This document shows, one piece after another, positions 1-13,876 of a stretch of DNA of 64,000 nt (the stretch's first letter is position 1; each line of letters starts with the position of its first letter). The DNA comes from Basidiobolus meristosporus CBS 931.73 (lineage: Eukaryota; Fungi; Basidiobolomycota), in contig MCFE01000223.1 of assembly GCA_002104905.1 (NCBI GenBank), positions 59,290 through 123,289 on the forward strand, in the 5' to 3' direction. A model generated the notes under the pieces. It did no database searches and was not told the origin of the DNA. It saw nothing but the letters and a program-made list of their open reading frames with translations. A program made the position numbers and the translations under genes.

Positions 1-2598
1 TAAAAGCAGCTGGTTTTTATCACTGCCAGGTCCTTCACTGTTACTTTGACTGGCTGCTTCTTGAGTGGTAATACACTTTTTCCTTCATAAATGTTATGCT
101 GGTGCATTTGTGTCTGCCTGCTTGCCCCTAATTGGCACTCTTCCAGCTGCCTGATGTCTCTTTGATGCTTGTCTGGAGATTTTGGCCCTGCTTGTAATGG
201 GCTCTTAAGGAAGCTGCTGGCTTTTAGCCATGGCACCCTTGTTGTTCTGCCTTTGATAGTTTCTGTTATTCTTAAGACCCTTTCTCAGCACACCAGTGCT
301 GGCCCAAAATCTATTTGCCTGTCAGAATCCAGGATAATGTTCATGGAACAAGTCAAGTGAATTCTACTTGGTGTCAGCAGTGGGGTTTGGTTGTGAATCA
401 GACAACTTTGCTTTATTTTTTGGCAGCATATATATGGTAGTGAGTTAAACCAAAGGGGAAATAGTGTTACATATACATGTGTATGTGGTGCCACAAGTTT
501 ATTCATAATGCTTACTATGGCAGGTCATTGTTGAATCTTACATTTATGTAGGTGCAATGTCTCAAATACAAAATTGTCTTAAGTTCACATGAGTATTGAC
601 CAAAAAGTGATATAATAGCATTACATTGTTGAAGGTCAAACTGTTTGCCCCATGGACAAGACTACTTTGACTAAATGCTGTAAGAGAAGAGAAAAAAAGA
701 CCATGTTGCTATTGTGGCAAGCCTCGCAGCCATGAAGCATGCAGACAGCATAGAAAGTATTACAAGGATCAGGGCCAGTGTTTTGCCACCCAAGTCATAT
801 TTGACCATTCATTGGTCACTACTGTACCAACATTATCTTGCTGGCCAGTTGATACTTCTATATTGGCACCTGGCCATGTTTGTCACCTTGCACAAACTGA
901 TTCAGGTGAGTTTGTTACACCATAGGCTTGCCTCAGCCTTCTGAATATGATATGCAGAGTGATAGCTCTGACAAAGAAGGTTCACTGATGGATTGTGAGC
1001 CTATCTTCCTTAACAACTGTGCCACATATGAGCCTGGTCAAATCCCTATATGCAATGAGAGAACACCTGTTGAAACAAATGCCAAGGATACTTTATGGAG
1101 CCAAGTGAGCCCAGTAATCCATCTACTGGTGAATGATGTAATGTTCTGGCTAGAGAAGTGGCATGTTTCCACTAATATCAGTAATGGGGGCTTTGAGGAT
1201 TAATTACTACTTCTTGCCACAATCATACCAGGATGTAACTTACCATCTACATGGTACAAGCGGACAACTGTCATGCAGATGGCAACATACAATCCAGAGA
1301 CAGTCCTGATTCCAGCATGTGTTAACAGTTGCATGGCATTCATATCTGCAAATGCTACCATTGCAATGTGTCCAAATTGTCAGGAATCCATCACCATTGA
1401 GGGAAAACATTGTTCACACTCCGGATATATTCCAGTCATACTCTGTTTGAGGAAGCTCATGCAATCCAACAAATATTGCAAAGCTATACAGTACTGCACT
1501 CAGTATCAATCAAGCACAAACACATCCATTATATTTGATGGCAAACATTATAGACAGCTAAGAAGCAAGGGCTACGTTGAAGGTATGTATGACCATGCCT
1601 TTGCTTTAGCACTTGATGGATCCTCACTAAACAAGTACTCTACCAGCAAATCCTTCTGGCCACTGATTCTCATCAATCTGAATCTGCCACCCATCTTATG
1701 GTATCAAAGCAGTAATCTGATGGTAGTCTCACTGGTATCTGGGCCTATATCACCGTCCAACATGGATAGCTACCTGCATCCATTGCTGCATGAATTTTGT
1801 ATGCTTTCCAGTGGGATAATGGTAAATGGCTGTCATGTAAAAGCGCATATTAGTATCTGCATTGGAGATTCCCCAGCCATCAGCAAAATAGCAGGCTTTT
1901 TTGGGCACAATGGATGGCATTGCTGTCAAAGGTGTGAGATCCAGGGGATTTACTCCATAACCCACACACATTATTATTACCCAAACACCAGCACTAAGAG
2001 CATCATCTCTCTACAGAGAGAATGTACAGAAGTAAGCATGCAATTGCATCAAAGTTGGTAAGCTTTAAGCCTTTGGCCAGAGTATGGAATCAATTGTAAA
2101 CTGGAGATACTTAAGATAGAGGGAATCTGTTGGAGCAAAAGCTTTCCACTGGGAGAAATGCATTTGCTTTTCAACAATATCCCTACACTGATGACCAAGT
2201 TGTACATGGGGCACTTCAAGCTAAATGAGCCCTTTGAGATACCAGAGAAATTTGAAAGAATTGACAAGATATCAAAGAGTATCCACTACCCTAAGTACTT
2301 CTCACAGGCTTCAATTTATATTCATATGCATATGCAACAATACAAATGCAAAGACAGGATGAACAAGATATATCTGTAACAATACTATGCAAATATTGTT
2401 ATAGCACCAATAAAATACTGTCAAGTTTTATCCCTTTATTTGGCAGTAAAATTAGCAAAACACCGTTGTGATCTTGTCATAAAATTGTTGGGTGGGTCAT
2501 TAATCCCAAGCTGCTGTTACTATGACAGTCTCTGAGCAGGATCTTGACAGCTGATCTGGATTGGATCTACCCGCAGGACCAAATTATTTTTCATAGGG
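1..2598 (+). mobile_element. CACTA/EnSpm element copy A: left end outside the window, internally deleted, ends in the right TIR
   Basis: Colinear with 42600-46990; ends ATTATTTTTTCATAGGG at 2598 (reverse complement of CCCTATGAAAAA); deletion junctions near 370 and 2380. Confidence 0.85.
652..2379 (+). pseudogene. CACTA Tnp2-family transposase remnant (longest open piece 1273-2061)
   Basis: Starts ATG GAC AAG ACT (MDKTT, as in sister copies); motifs IFDGKHY, ALALDG, WPLILINLNLPP, GPISPSNMDSYLHPL, IGDSPAISKIAGFFGHNG-CxxC typical of Transposase_21/Tnp2; broken by stops and frameshifts. Confidence 0.85.
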
Positions 2599-3030
2599 AA
2601 TATGACTTGTGTGGCAAAACACTGGTGGTGATCCTTGTAATACTTCCTATGCTGTCTGCATGATGCATGGCTGAGAGGCTTGCTACAATAGCAACATGGT
2701 CTTTTTTCTCTTCTGTAATGGTGTTGAATCAAAGTAGTCTTGTCCATGGGGCAAACAGTTTGACCTTCAACAACATAATGCTATTATAGCACTTTTTGGT
2801 CAATACTTATGTGAATTTAAGACAGTTGTGTATTTGAGACATTTCACCTACATGAATGTAAGATTCAGTAAAGACCTGCCATTGTACACATTATAACTAA
2901 AGTTATGGCACCACATACACATGTATATGTGACACTATCTCCCCTTTAATTTGACTCACTTCCATATATATGCTGCCAAAAAGTGAAGCAAAGCTGTTAG
3001 GTATCCAACCAAACCCCACTGTTGACACCA
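2599..3030 (-). mobile_element. CACTA copy B fragment 1 (transposase 5' end and inter-gene region)
   Basis: Reverse complement of about 370-800; MDKTTL start at 2747 on the minus strand. Confidence 0.85.
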
Positions 3031-6000
3031 CTCAGCTAAATGTTCGTACCAACCAGTCCAAATTTTGACCTGAGATATTCAAGCTTCTCACCAGCTAATA
3101 GTTTAGAAAATATGTCTGCAATCATTTCATCCAAAGGACAGTAAACTAAGCTAACTAAGCTATTCTCTATAGCTTCACATATGAAGTGATGTCTAATATC
3201 TATGTGCTTAGTTCTAGCATGGAAAGTTGGATTTCTTCCTAACTGTAGATCTTTGATTATCTTGAAATAAAGTAATAGGCATTTTTTAACATAGGCCTAA
3301 ATCTGTAATAAGCTTACTTAGCCACATTGCTTCTTTTGTAGCTTCACAGGCAGCGATATACTCTGCCACTGTGGTAGAAAGTGCTACAGTTGGTTGCTTT
3401 CTTGAGTTCCATGAAATTGCTCCTTGACAGTAAAGAAAGTTGAATCCTGTGGTGGATCTTCTGTCTTTTAAATTTTGTCCCCAATCTGCATCAGAGTATC
3501 CCACAAGATCCTGTTCTGAATCCTTATAAGTGTATCTTAAGCAGATATCAGCAGTGCCTTTTAGGTATCTAAAAATCCGCTTAACTGCTGCAATATGATC
3601 AGATCCATAGTTCTGATTAAGTTAGCTGACAACTCCCACTGAATATGAGATATCTGGATGTGTTCCAAGCATAATATACTTCAGACTGTTGATCATACAT
3701 TGATAAGGAAAGTCAGCGCTTTCAGATGGCACCAAGCTCTCTTGATTTGGTTGAGTTTTGACCAAGTTAAGGTTTGTCTCCATTGGGGCAGCTACTGGTT
3801 TACAGTCTTCCATTTTGTACTTCTTTAGTATATCTTAAATATACTTGGACTGGCTTAGGGTAATAGTCTGGGTATTTCTATCTATAGAGAACTTAATCCA
3901 CAAGTAGTAACTGAGTCCTCCTAGATCCAACATCTTGAACTCCTTAGATAGGCTGGATTTAGTCTCTTTCAATGTTTCTATATTATTGGCAGCTATAATA
4001 AGATCATCTACCTACAGAGCTAATAGAACTGGATTTGCTCTATCTGGCTTATAGTATATACTATAGTCAGCATTACTCCTTTTGAAACTCAGAGATTCCA
4101 AATAAGAATCTATCTTGTAATTCCAGGCACTTGGTGATTGTTTGAGATCATATAGAGACTTTTTAGGCTTGCAGACCAAATAGGGGCTATCTTGGTCAAT
4201 AAACCCATCAGGCTGGTCCATATGCACATCCACATCAGGTTCTTCATTCAAAAATGCAGTTTTTGAATCCATTTGATGAATAAAAAACTTATATTTGGCT
4301 GCAATAGCCAATATTAATCTGATGTAATTAAACTTGGCCACCGGTGCAAAGGTCTCAGTATAGTCAAGTCCTTTTGTTTGAGAGTATCCTTTGGCCACAA
4401 GTCTTGCTTTGTATCTTCAATTGTACCATCAGCCTTGTATTTTGTCTTGAAGACCTATTTGAATCCAATCAATTTTTGGTTGATTGGTAATTTGGCTAAG
4501 CTCAAAGTTTGATTTTCCATCAGGGCCAGATATTCCTCAGTCATTGCAGATCTCCAAAACCTTTTCTGAGGGCTACTTAAGGCCTCTTTTACAGTCTGCG
4601 GCTCATCAATATGGACTGAATAGGCATTGGCTAAGTTTGTACCCTCATTGATATAGTAATTTGGGCTATTTATTTTCCAATTGGATCTCTGGAGATTTGA
4701 TACTGAAATAATCACTTCTGGGATATTTCTAGTCACTGATTCTGGCTGAACCACAGTTGTAGAGTCCTCTGGAGTGAAAAGTTCTCATTGTTTTGCTCTG
4801 ATTGAATTCTGACAATTGATGGACTTGAGATCAGATTTTTGTCATCATCTGATGTCATTTTGTGTGAAAATCTTGAATTTTCATCTAACAACTCATCTCT
4901 GGACTTGAATAGCTTCTTTGCTTTGGTATTGTAGAGTCTGTATGCTCAACTCTCATTGTAGTAATCCAAAATATACATTATAAACTTTTTGGCTGCATTT
5001 TTGACTGGTTTCTGAGCAGTTTCTTGACATATGCTGTATACCCAATTATTCTTATATGTTCTGCACTTAGTCTGTATCCATACCATGCTTCAAATGAAGT
5101 AGAATCACAAAGTATTCTGTTATAACTCCTACTCTTACAGTATATTACGGTAGCAACTGATTCCGCCCAAAAATCAAAGGATTATTTTTGATCATGAATC
5201 ATAGATCTTGCCATATCAATTATTGATATGTTAGCATGTTCTGCTACTCCATTTTGCTGTGGGGAGTATGGTACAGTACTCTCTTGCTTTATCCCATGAA
5301 TTTTGCAGAAGTGAATGAAGAGTTTTGAGGTATATTCTCCACCATTGTCAGAACATATTTTCTTGACTTTTTCACCAGTTTCTCTCTCCACCATGGCTTT
5401 AAACTCTCTGAACCTAGACAGAGCTTCTTTCTTTCTCTCCATGAAGTAGACCCATGTGTATCTTGTATAATCATCAATAAAGGGACTAAATACTTCTTCC
5501 TGCCTAAAGATAAATTTTGCATTGGTCCACACAGATCTGAGTGAATTAGATCTAATTTCTTCTTAGTCTTGATTAACACAGAGCTCTTGAATGATTTTCT
5601 GGCTTGTTTGCCATATATGCAGGCTTTGCGGTGCTCCAAACTAGCTGGGGGATCAATTTTAACTCCAGAAATTAGGTGATCTTTAATCAATTTGCACAAA
5701 TAATCAAAATTGATGTGTCCAAATCTACTGTGGCAAAGCATTAGTGTTTCTTATTTTAAGTTGCTTATATTGGCTTCCAACTATGCTGGACTATAAGTCA
5801 ACTTATATAGATTCTGATCTCTGATAACCAAAGCAATATGGGCACCATTTTGATAAGGGATCTTGTATCCAGAATTGTCAAAGCTGAAACTGAGTCCTTC
5901 TGCTGTGGCCTTGCTTACAGATAGTAGGTTCTTGGCTATTTCTGGTATGTAGGGTTCCTCTTTAAAGGTCAGTGTATAGCTTCCTTCACTGATTCTTTGG

Positions 6001-7355
6001 TTTACTTGGATAGTTCCTTTTCCCACTGCATCAAGTGTTCTATTGTCACCCATGAAAACCTTCTTAATTGGAATATCTTGATGTTGGGTAAAAAGTTCTT
6101 TTTGGTGTGTAAAGAGTTAAGATGCTCCGGAGTCAATATACCACATCTCAAAATCCTTGTTTGTGGCCATATTTAGTGCAGATATGAAGAGTCTATCCTC
6201 AGTTGAGGCAGCATTTCCATACTCGGGCTTCTTTTGCTGATTATCTCACTTTTTGAGACACTGGTCTGATGTGTGTCCTTTCCTTTTGCAGTAGTTACAA
6301 AACAGGTTGCTGTTGCCTTTGTAGGGTGTTGGGTACCTCCTTTGCTGGTTATCATTGCTTATTAAAGCATTTTCTTCTTGCTTCTTATTGGTGCTTGATT
6401 TTCTTAATTCTTGTACCAAGAGCCTTCCATATACATAGTTTAAGGCATAATCTTCAGTTCTGGACTCCAAGGCTAATACAAGGCCCTGAAGTCCGTCTGT
6501 CAGGCTATTCAAGATGGTAACTATCACATCCTCATCAGTAGTTGGTATGCCCACAGATTCCATTTTATCTACCACCAGGCTAATTCTGTTAATTAGAATT
6601 TTCATTTCTTCTCCTGGCAGTATCTGTGTAGTAAAGAATTTTTGTCTCAGATACATTTTCTTAGCAGCTGAACATGACTGGTAGTTGTCTTCTAATGTCT
6701 TCTGGGCATTCTTGACTGTTTTTGCTCTTGAGCATTGAATTAGCAATTTGTCTTTAACATTGAGGCAATTGCAGTTAAAGGAGCCTTGTTATTTCTTCTG
6801 GTACTTTAAGGCTTCCTCTCCCACACTTTTAGGTATGCATTTTTCTCCCATGACTATATCCCAAAGGCCTCTTACTTATAGCAGCATCTTCATCTTCACC
6901 TTCCACACTTGATAGTTAGATCCATCCAGCTTTTCAGCAGAGGGAAGAATTCCAGTAATAGCAGTGGTAGATATTACAGAGAGTGACAGCTTGGAGCTCA
7001 TAACCTGCTGTAAGAGTCTTGGAGATATTGGAAGTGATTTGGGAGGACAAGTAGACTATGTGGTTTTTACTTAATGATATATTGAATGTAAAAGTAGTTT
7101 TTATACTTTGACATGGTCTTAGCATTACAAACACGTAGGATAGGTTAAGGAAGGTCCCAAGATCATGTGTGTGAGGTTTGGGGCTGTTTGGACAACGTTG
7201 AGAATTTTCATGTTCTGGGTACCGAGTATTTTGGTGAAAATATTCTAAGTAAATTCCAACAAGGAATTTGGTCAGTATTCTCTAGGATTTGAACATAATG
7301 ATCTAAGTGACTAAGTTAGGTGAATATTTAGGTGGAAATATGAATTTTTACAACA
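3031..7355 (-). mobile_element. Ty1/copia family 1, degenerate; 5' LTR present, 3' LTR deleted
   Basis: Colinear with 47342-51676; remnants of gag (6246-6746, CNYCKRKGH knuckle), protease, integrase (5182-5532), RT (4012-4398) and RNase H (3286-3504). Confidence 0.92.
7006..7355 (-). repeat. copia-1 5' LTR, with PBS GGTTATGAGCTC at about 6994-7005
   Basis: Matches 51328-51676; TG..CA ends. Confidence 0.92.
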
Positions 7356-8655
7356 GAAAGCTCCATACAAGCATCAATGAGATGTCAGGTAGCTGGAGAG
7401 TGCTAGCACAAGCAGGCAAACTCAGATGCACCAGCACAATATTTATCAAGGAAAAAGAGTAGTACCACTCAAGAAGCACTCAGACAAAGTAGCAGTGAAG
7501 GACCTGGCAGTGATAAAAAGCCAGCAGCCTTTACAGGAGCCTGCCACAACTACAGTTGAGAGCTCAAAACAAGTAGAAAAGAAACATCAGGTTGCCAGGA
7601 GAGTGTCAGCAAGGGATAAGCATGCCAAAACAGATGCCTCAGAGCAGAATATATCAGGGAGAAAACGTAGTTCATTACAAGAGGTACTCATACATAGTAG
7701 CAGTGAGAGACCTGGCAGTGATAAAGGAAAAGGTAAAGGGAAAATGTCTACCCAAGCCTGAGACAGGGAGGCTGCAAAAGAAACTGCAGTTTTTGCCAAT
7801 TAATGCTGCAAGCCAGGAACAGACTGGATCCCATCATAGCCAAGAACAGTTACCAACAAGAAAACAGCTGTTTTCAGAAGAGCTGGAAGTGCAGCCAGTT
7901 GAGCTACACTCCAGCAAGGTAGATGAGTTTGCAGAAAGAGGCAATTTATATACCGCAGCCTCCACCCTCCATTGTTGACCCAGTGGAGATCCCACTGACA
8001 GACAAGGCTACAATGTCAAGAACTCAAAAGACTTTCACAATGCCTTCAGTGGAATTTTGGAACGTTAATACAATTTAAAGGTGCTAGGCCTTGCAGTGCT
8101 GGCTGAAGAGCTGAACATATTGGAACCAGAGAATGAACAGTAGCATAAAGCCATTGGGTTCCCACAAAAGTTTTGGAACTAGAGTATTACAGCAGTAATA
8201 CATATCAAATGGTGGATTATAATGGAGTCACATATTGAGTGTGGGGTTGGGCTTAATCTTGGTGCAGGGTATAGAGACTTGTATAGGTCAATACAATTAG
8301 CAATTGAAGTACAACTGAAGTTTCAACAGAGATAAATCAATTTGTATGCATGAAAAGTAAGAGAAACAGTTGAGTCAGAATGTAAGAAGTGTGAAAAAGA
8401 GGCAATGGCCAATCAATGCACACAAACATAGGAAGTGATAGAGTGTCCAGGATCAGAGAGTGAGTGCATTGGCAGGAAACCAATCAAAAGCCACTAACAC
8501 ATTGTTGTGATGAAACATTTTGACTAAGTTTTTTGGGAAATCTGGGGTGCAACAGTCTCTGGACAGTGTCCTGACAGGATCAGTACCTCTAAGTCACCGG
8601 ACTTTAGCTTTGTGACAGCCTTTTGACAGGATCATTACAATAATTTCTCATAGGG
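7356..8655 (-). mobile_element. CACTA copy B fragment 2 (ORF2 3' part and left TIR)
   Basis: Matches 37350-38738; ends ATTACAATAATTTCTCATAGGG at 8655. Confidence 0.85.
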
Positions 8656-9190
8656 GGTCCCACAAACATGTGTGCAAAGTTTGGGGCTGTTTGGACAACT
8701 TTGAGAATTTTCATGTTCTGGGTACCTGATATTTTAGTGAAAATATTGTAAGTAAATCCCAACAGGGAGCTTGGTCAGTATTCCCTAGGATTTAAGGTAC
8801 TGATCTAAGTGACTAAGTTGGGTGAATATTCAGGTGGAATTACAAACTTACTACACTGCCACTCAACTAAATGTTTCTACTGACTAGTCCTAAGTTTGAC
8901 CTAAGATATTTATACTTGTTTCTAGCTAATGGTTTGGTGAATTTGTCTGCAATCATTTCATCTGCATGACAGTAAGCAAAATTAAGCTAGTAATTCTTCA
9001 TAGCTTTACATATGAAATGATGTCTAATATCTATGTGCTTGGTTCTAGCATGACAAGGCAAATTTCTACCTAATTGAATACATCCTTGAATATCTTGAAA
9101 TAAAATAATAGGTGGTTTTTGACGTAGGTCTAAATCCATAAAAGCTTCCTTAACCACATTTCTTCTTTTGTAGCTTCACAGGCTGCCATA
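8656..9190 (-). mobile_element. copia-1 3' fragment (half LTR, PPT remnant, end of RNase H)
   Basis: Matches 47146-47680; the LTR is cut at GGTCCC by the CACTA TIR. Confidence 0.85.
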
Positions 9191-9570
9191 TGTGAGTACC
9201 AAATGTAGGACCCACTCTTTGCCCAAGGGTCCTCCCTAGAGTCCTACTCAAAGTCCCCCAGCATCCTCCCTATGATTCCCCCATGCATTCACCCTCCTAT
9301 TGCTGCCCTTATCTAGTTAGAACACTTGCCATAACAGAAAGATGTTCACACCCCTATTTTACAACACATTGTCTATTATCTAAGCCCCCCAAGTGATATA
9401 TATGTTTCCAACTGAACCATGTGAGGAAACAACAAGAAGAAGACTTGGACGGAATAAACACCAGTCTTTATTGCCTTCCTACCTTCTATCAGAAGCTATT
9501 TTGAGCCAAGTGGTACTGACTTGACCTACAAGCTCTCCCACTCACCAAGTACAGTCAGTAACAACCCCCA
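9191..9570 (+). repeat. Probable 5' LTR of a separate Ty3/gypsy family ('E')
   Basis: Begins TGT at the copia junction; TATA-like GATATATATG and AATAAA; ends CA followed by TATT and TGGTGCTGTCTCTGTGG (9575-9591), the same CA-TATT-TGG layout as the family B PBS. No second copy to confirm. Confidence 0.55.
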
Positions 9571-9593
9571 TATTTGGTGCTGTCTCTGTGGAA

Positions 9594-10018
9594 ATGAGCA
9601 TAAATGAGGTATTGACTACTACAATCAAACTAAAAACATACAAGGGAAAGAGAGAGAAGGCCCTTGAGTGGTTTGATAAGTTTGAGAGAGTTGCTGTTGA
9701 TGCAGGTTGGGACACCAATAAGAAACTAATGGAATTTGCAAGACATATGGAAGAGTCAGCATGGTGATGGCATTATGGGTTGGGAGACATAGTTAAAGAC
9801 AACTGGGATGCACTAGAAGAAGCCTACAAGACATGCTTTCAATATGCTGAAGGATACCACTATGAAGCCCTTCTACTGTCCCCACAGAAGAAAAGCAGTG
9901 AGAACTATGAAGCCTACACTGAACTGTTTCTCCAACAGTTCAAATTCTCCTAAAGGACAAAATTGCAAACAACAGCTCATGAGGTATTACATCATGGGCT
10001 TAGACAACAAAATAAGGT
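9594..10018 (+). pseudogene. gag: Retrotransposon gag remnant of family E
   Basis: MSINEVLTTTIKLKTYKG..EWFDKFERVAVDAGW..WDALEEAYK..YYIMGL; capsid-like pattern with a stop and a frameshift; unlike family B gag. Confidence 0.65.
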
Positions 10019-12761
10019 TTTCTCATATAACAACAAGGAGATGGGACTCTTAAAGACATTGGTTGAAAAACCTATCAAGCTTCATACAGTGCCCCACACA
10101 CCCTGGTCATTTAAGCCTTACCCACTGCCTAGAGGACTCCATGCTGATATGCATGACCTACTTAAGAAGCAGATAGAAGCTAATATCCTAGAACCTTGCC
10201 ATGGACCTTATGCTAACCAATAGCTTGTGACCAAAAAGAAGAATGGAAAGCTCTGATTCATTCAAGAAATGCAACCTGCAAATGCTGTCACTATCAGAGA
10301 TGCCGCAATACCTCCATTTTTTGATGACTTTGCAGAGTGCTTTAGTGGTCACTCCATCTACTCAACATATGATCTCTACTAAGGATATGACCAGATCCCC
10401 CTAGATGAGACATCAAGAGATATATTTGCACTCCAGACACCATTTGGACTATTAAGAATGACAAGACTCAGCCAAGGGGCCACAAACTCTGTGGCTCAGT
10501 TCCAGAGATGCATGGTGAATGTGCTCTACCAGTTTATACCTGAAACTTGCTGTCTTTGTTGATGACATAGGCATCAAAGGACCAGAACTCTAGGACACAA
10601 CTGAAGTTATGGCTGTAGTAAGAAAGTTTGTCTATGACCATATTTCAGACAATGATGCCATATTAGGAGCCATTGAAGAAGCTGGACTCACCATCAGTGG
10701 TGAGAAAAGCAGCTTTGGTATATCAGAGATATCCATTGTTGGACAAAAAAGCAACACCTTTGGTTGTTCACCTAGAGACTCCAAGACACAAAAAATATGT
10801 AACTGGCCTACCCCGACAAATCTAACACAAGCTTGTGGCTTTGTAGCAGCTTGTGGGTTCTTTAGGATCTTGATCCCAACATTTTCTGAGATAGCAGAAC
10901 CAATCTACCAACTACATAAAAAGAATACCCCATTTATCTGGGGAGAAGAGCAAGAAGAAGCCATGCAATTACTAAAAGAGGCCTTAGTATCTCCTCCAGT
11001 TCTAAGACCTCTTGACTATTAGAACACTGAATGCCTACTTATTTTGACAGTGGATGCAAGCCTTATAGGAGCTGAAGCACTACTTGGCCAAGATGATAAA
11101 GATGGCAACTGCTATGCTTGCAGATATGAGAGCTGCCTCTTCTCTCCTAGAGAACAAAGATACTCACAGATTAAGAGAAAGCTATTAGGAGTTGTGAGAT
11201 GCTGAGAAAGCTGAAGTCACAGCTTTACATAACACATTTCATCCTGGAGACAGATGCCAAGCCACTTATAGGAGTGATCAACAAGCCTGAACTACCTGAT
11301 GATGCCAAGAATTGATGGATGGCATGACTGAAAATGTTTAACTTTGAGGTCAGACATATCCCTGGCAAAACAAATGTTGTGGCCAATGCACTCTCCAGGA
11401 AGGGACCACAGTTGTCTGAAGATATGAACCATGACTTTGATGACATAATTGATGCAGAAATCCAACAACTACATGTGTAGAAGCCCAGCAACTCAATGTG
11501 CAAAACCATCCAAGACTATCTGAGAAACTTAGAGAAGCCACCAGGAATGAGCCCACATGATTTCAGAAAGCTCAGGAAGAAGGCCCATCATTTTTGCATA
11601 AAGGATGGCCTCCTCTTCAAATGAGTAAAGCCTGGACAGACACCAAGGAGAGTTATAGCTGAGCCCCAGGAACAACTAACTATTAAGTCAAGCCTTCATG
11701 AAGGAAGACCTGGTGGTCATAGAGGAAGAGATGACACATGCAATATTGATTCCAGTAGATATTACTGGGAGCATATGTATCATGATATCCAACACTTTGT
11801 TGAATCTTGTGACATTTGCCAAAGAAGGTCAACCAAGAGATATGAGGAACCACTCTATCCAACCTACACACTTTGCCTATGGCAGAAGGTTGGCATTGAC
11901 CTGGTCCATGTGCCAACTGCTGAAACCAAGAAGTACCTAGTTGTTGCCAGAGATGATCTGAGTGGATGGGTAGAAGCTCAAGTTCTGTCCAATAACAAAA
12001 GCCACACAATATGGAGACTTATTCTTGAAGATATAATATGCAGACTTGGCTGCATCAGCCAGTTTGTTGCTGACTAAGGAGAAATGACTTCAAGTTTGAT
12101 CCAGGAACTCTGCCCACAATACAAGATTCAAATTTCTTTCACCACCGCCTATCACCCACAAGCCAATGGGATGGTTGAAAGAGGCCATGGCCCACTGGTC
12201 AACTCCCTAGTCAAGAGCTGCAAGAACTTGACACTACAGTGGCCTAGACAACTTTATCTAGCACTGTGGGCAGATAGAATCACTACAAAACGCAGCACAG
12301 GCCTATCGTCATTCAGGTTGCCTTACAGACATGATTACATTCTTCCTGTAGAGCTTGACTCAACATCATGGAACATGCTAGAGTGGAGAACTACAATGAG
12401 TAGAGAAGAATTACTGACTACATGCATCAAACAGCTTGATCACCATAAGCTTGATATTACCCAAGCAGCTGCCAAACTCAAAGAGACAAGACTTCAGAGC
12501 AAGGAACCATTTGACAAGTCACATAGCCTTGGACCAAAGCGGTTACTGCAAGGAGATCCAGTATTACTCTATGATTCCACTTTAGACAAACAGTGGAGTT
12601 GCAAATTTGAAAATAAGTGGTCTGGCCCATTTATTATCTCTAAGGTGATTGGAAATGGAAGCTACTACTTGTCTGAACTTGATGAAACACCACTAAGATT
12701 ACCTGTGGCAGGAAACAGACTTAAGCTATTTAAGCACCGGAATTTTGCACATTACATTTAG
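10012..12761 (+). pseudogene. pol: Ty3/gypsy family B pol (RT, RNase H, integrase), degenerate
   Basis: Matches 63420-64000; LTVDAS RNase H motif, CDICQ zinc finger, TAYHPQANGMVERGH integrase motif, C-terminal KWSGPF. Confidence 0.93.
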
Positions 12762-12800
12762 TTTGCTTTAACATGAGTTCAAAGCTGAGAGGGGGGTGGA

Positions 12801-13876
12801 TGTAGTGGGGTCACAGTGACACCCACAAGCAGATGTGCTCATTACCATACATTCACTTCCCTAAAAAGGACTCCCCCCCTATATTAGTATCATCCCAAAT
12901 TGCAATATCTTCTATCTGTCTATGTGATTATTATTATGTGACCTGGCAAACTATTTGTCACTATTCACAGGTTGCACAAGCTATTCTTATTCCTTGCCAA
13001 GATGCCTGGATAAGATAGTTACCATATAAGGCAAGTACCCCCAACAGTGCCTATATCATGTGACAATCCTGGTTTCCTAGCCCTCCAATCCTACAACCAT
13101 ATGAGGTAACTATATGACACATATGTTTCATATTACCACTATCTCATTGGTTAGGTATTACTATGTCTCATGGAACAATCGGCCAAGAATTTGAGCTATT
13201 TTTAGTACACAATGGCATGATTGGCTGTCTACTACCTTCTGGAAACTTCCAGAAAGTATTTTCTAGCAAGAATTTCAGCAGTAAAAAAGTATATAAGGGA
13301 GGCTATCTCTTAAAAATAAGTCATCCCTCTTCCAATATTCCAACTATTGATCAGTGATGTCACCGCTGCCTATTACCACAGCATTCTGACTCAGACCTGA
13401 TAATACTCCCAGGAAACCACGCTGACAGCCAACTGACCTTGGAGGTACTACTTGTGAAGAATACTCAGAGTAGGTATATTTTATTATATTTGATTGTTTT
13501 CCCAAGTTTGTTCTTGTACAGGCAAAGATACCTTTCAGTCTTTGTAACTATTGGTCAAGGCTGCATTCTTATCAAGTCCCTGTTGATGGAGTTTACAGTT
13601 GTTTTGACTTTGAAAGCTTTAGTCCACTGTCATCTCAAAGGACATGAAGCCATTAAAAACTTTTGTTGAGATGCCAACTAAGTTGGGGACTGGAGCTCAA
13701 TAGTTTTCCCTTGACAAGCTTAAGGCTTTATCCCCCTTCACATTAGATTAGACAAAAGACCCAGTATTCCTAGCCAGCTTTTGCCAGAGGTTATTGCACC
13801 CAGTGAACACCCTACACACATTCACACTTGAGAGGTGTTGGCCATATTTTACCCTTTGGACTTATACACCACCACA
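12801..13876 (+). repeat. gypsy-B 3' LTR (U3 variant 1), preceded by PPT GAGAGGGGGGTGGA
   Basis: TGTAGTGG..CACCACA; 3' part matches 60700-61176. Confidence 0.92.

Noticed and set aside
360-385. The ORF2 deletion in copy A as precise intron loss
   Set aside because: The missing segment has no GT..AG boundaries on either strand (GC..GG on the ORF2 strand).
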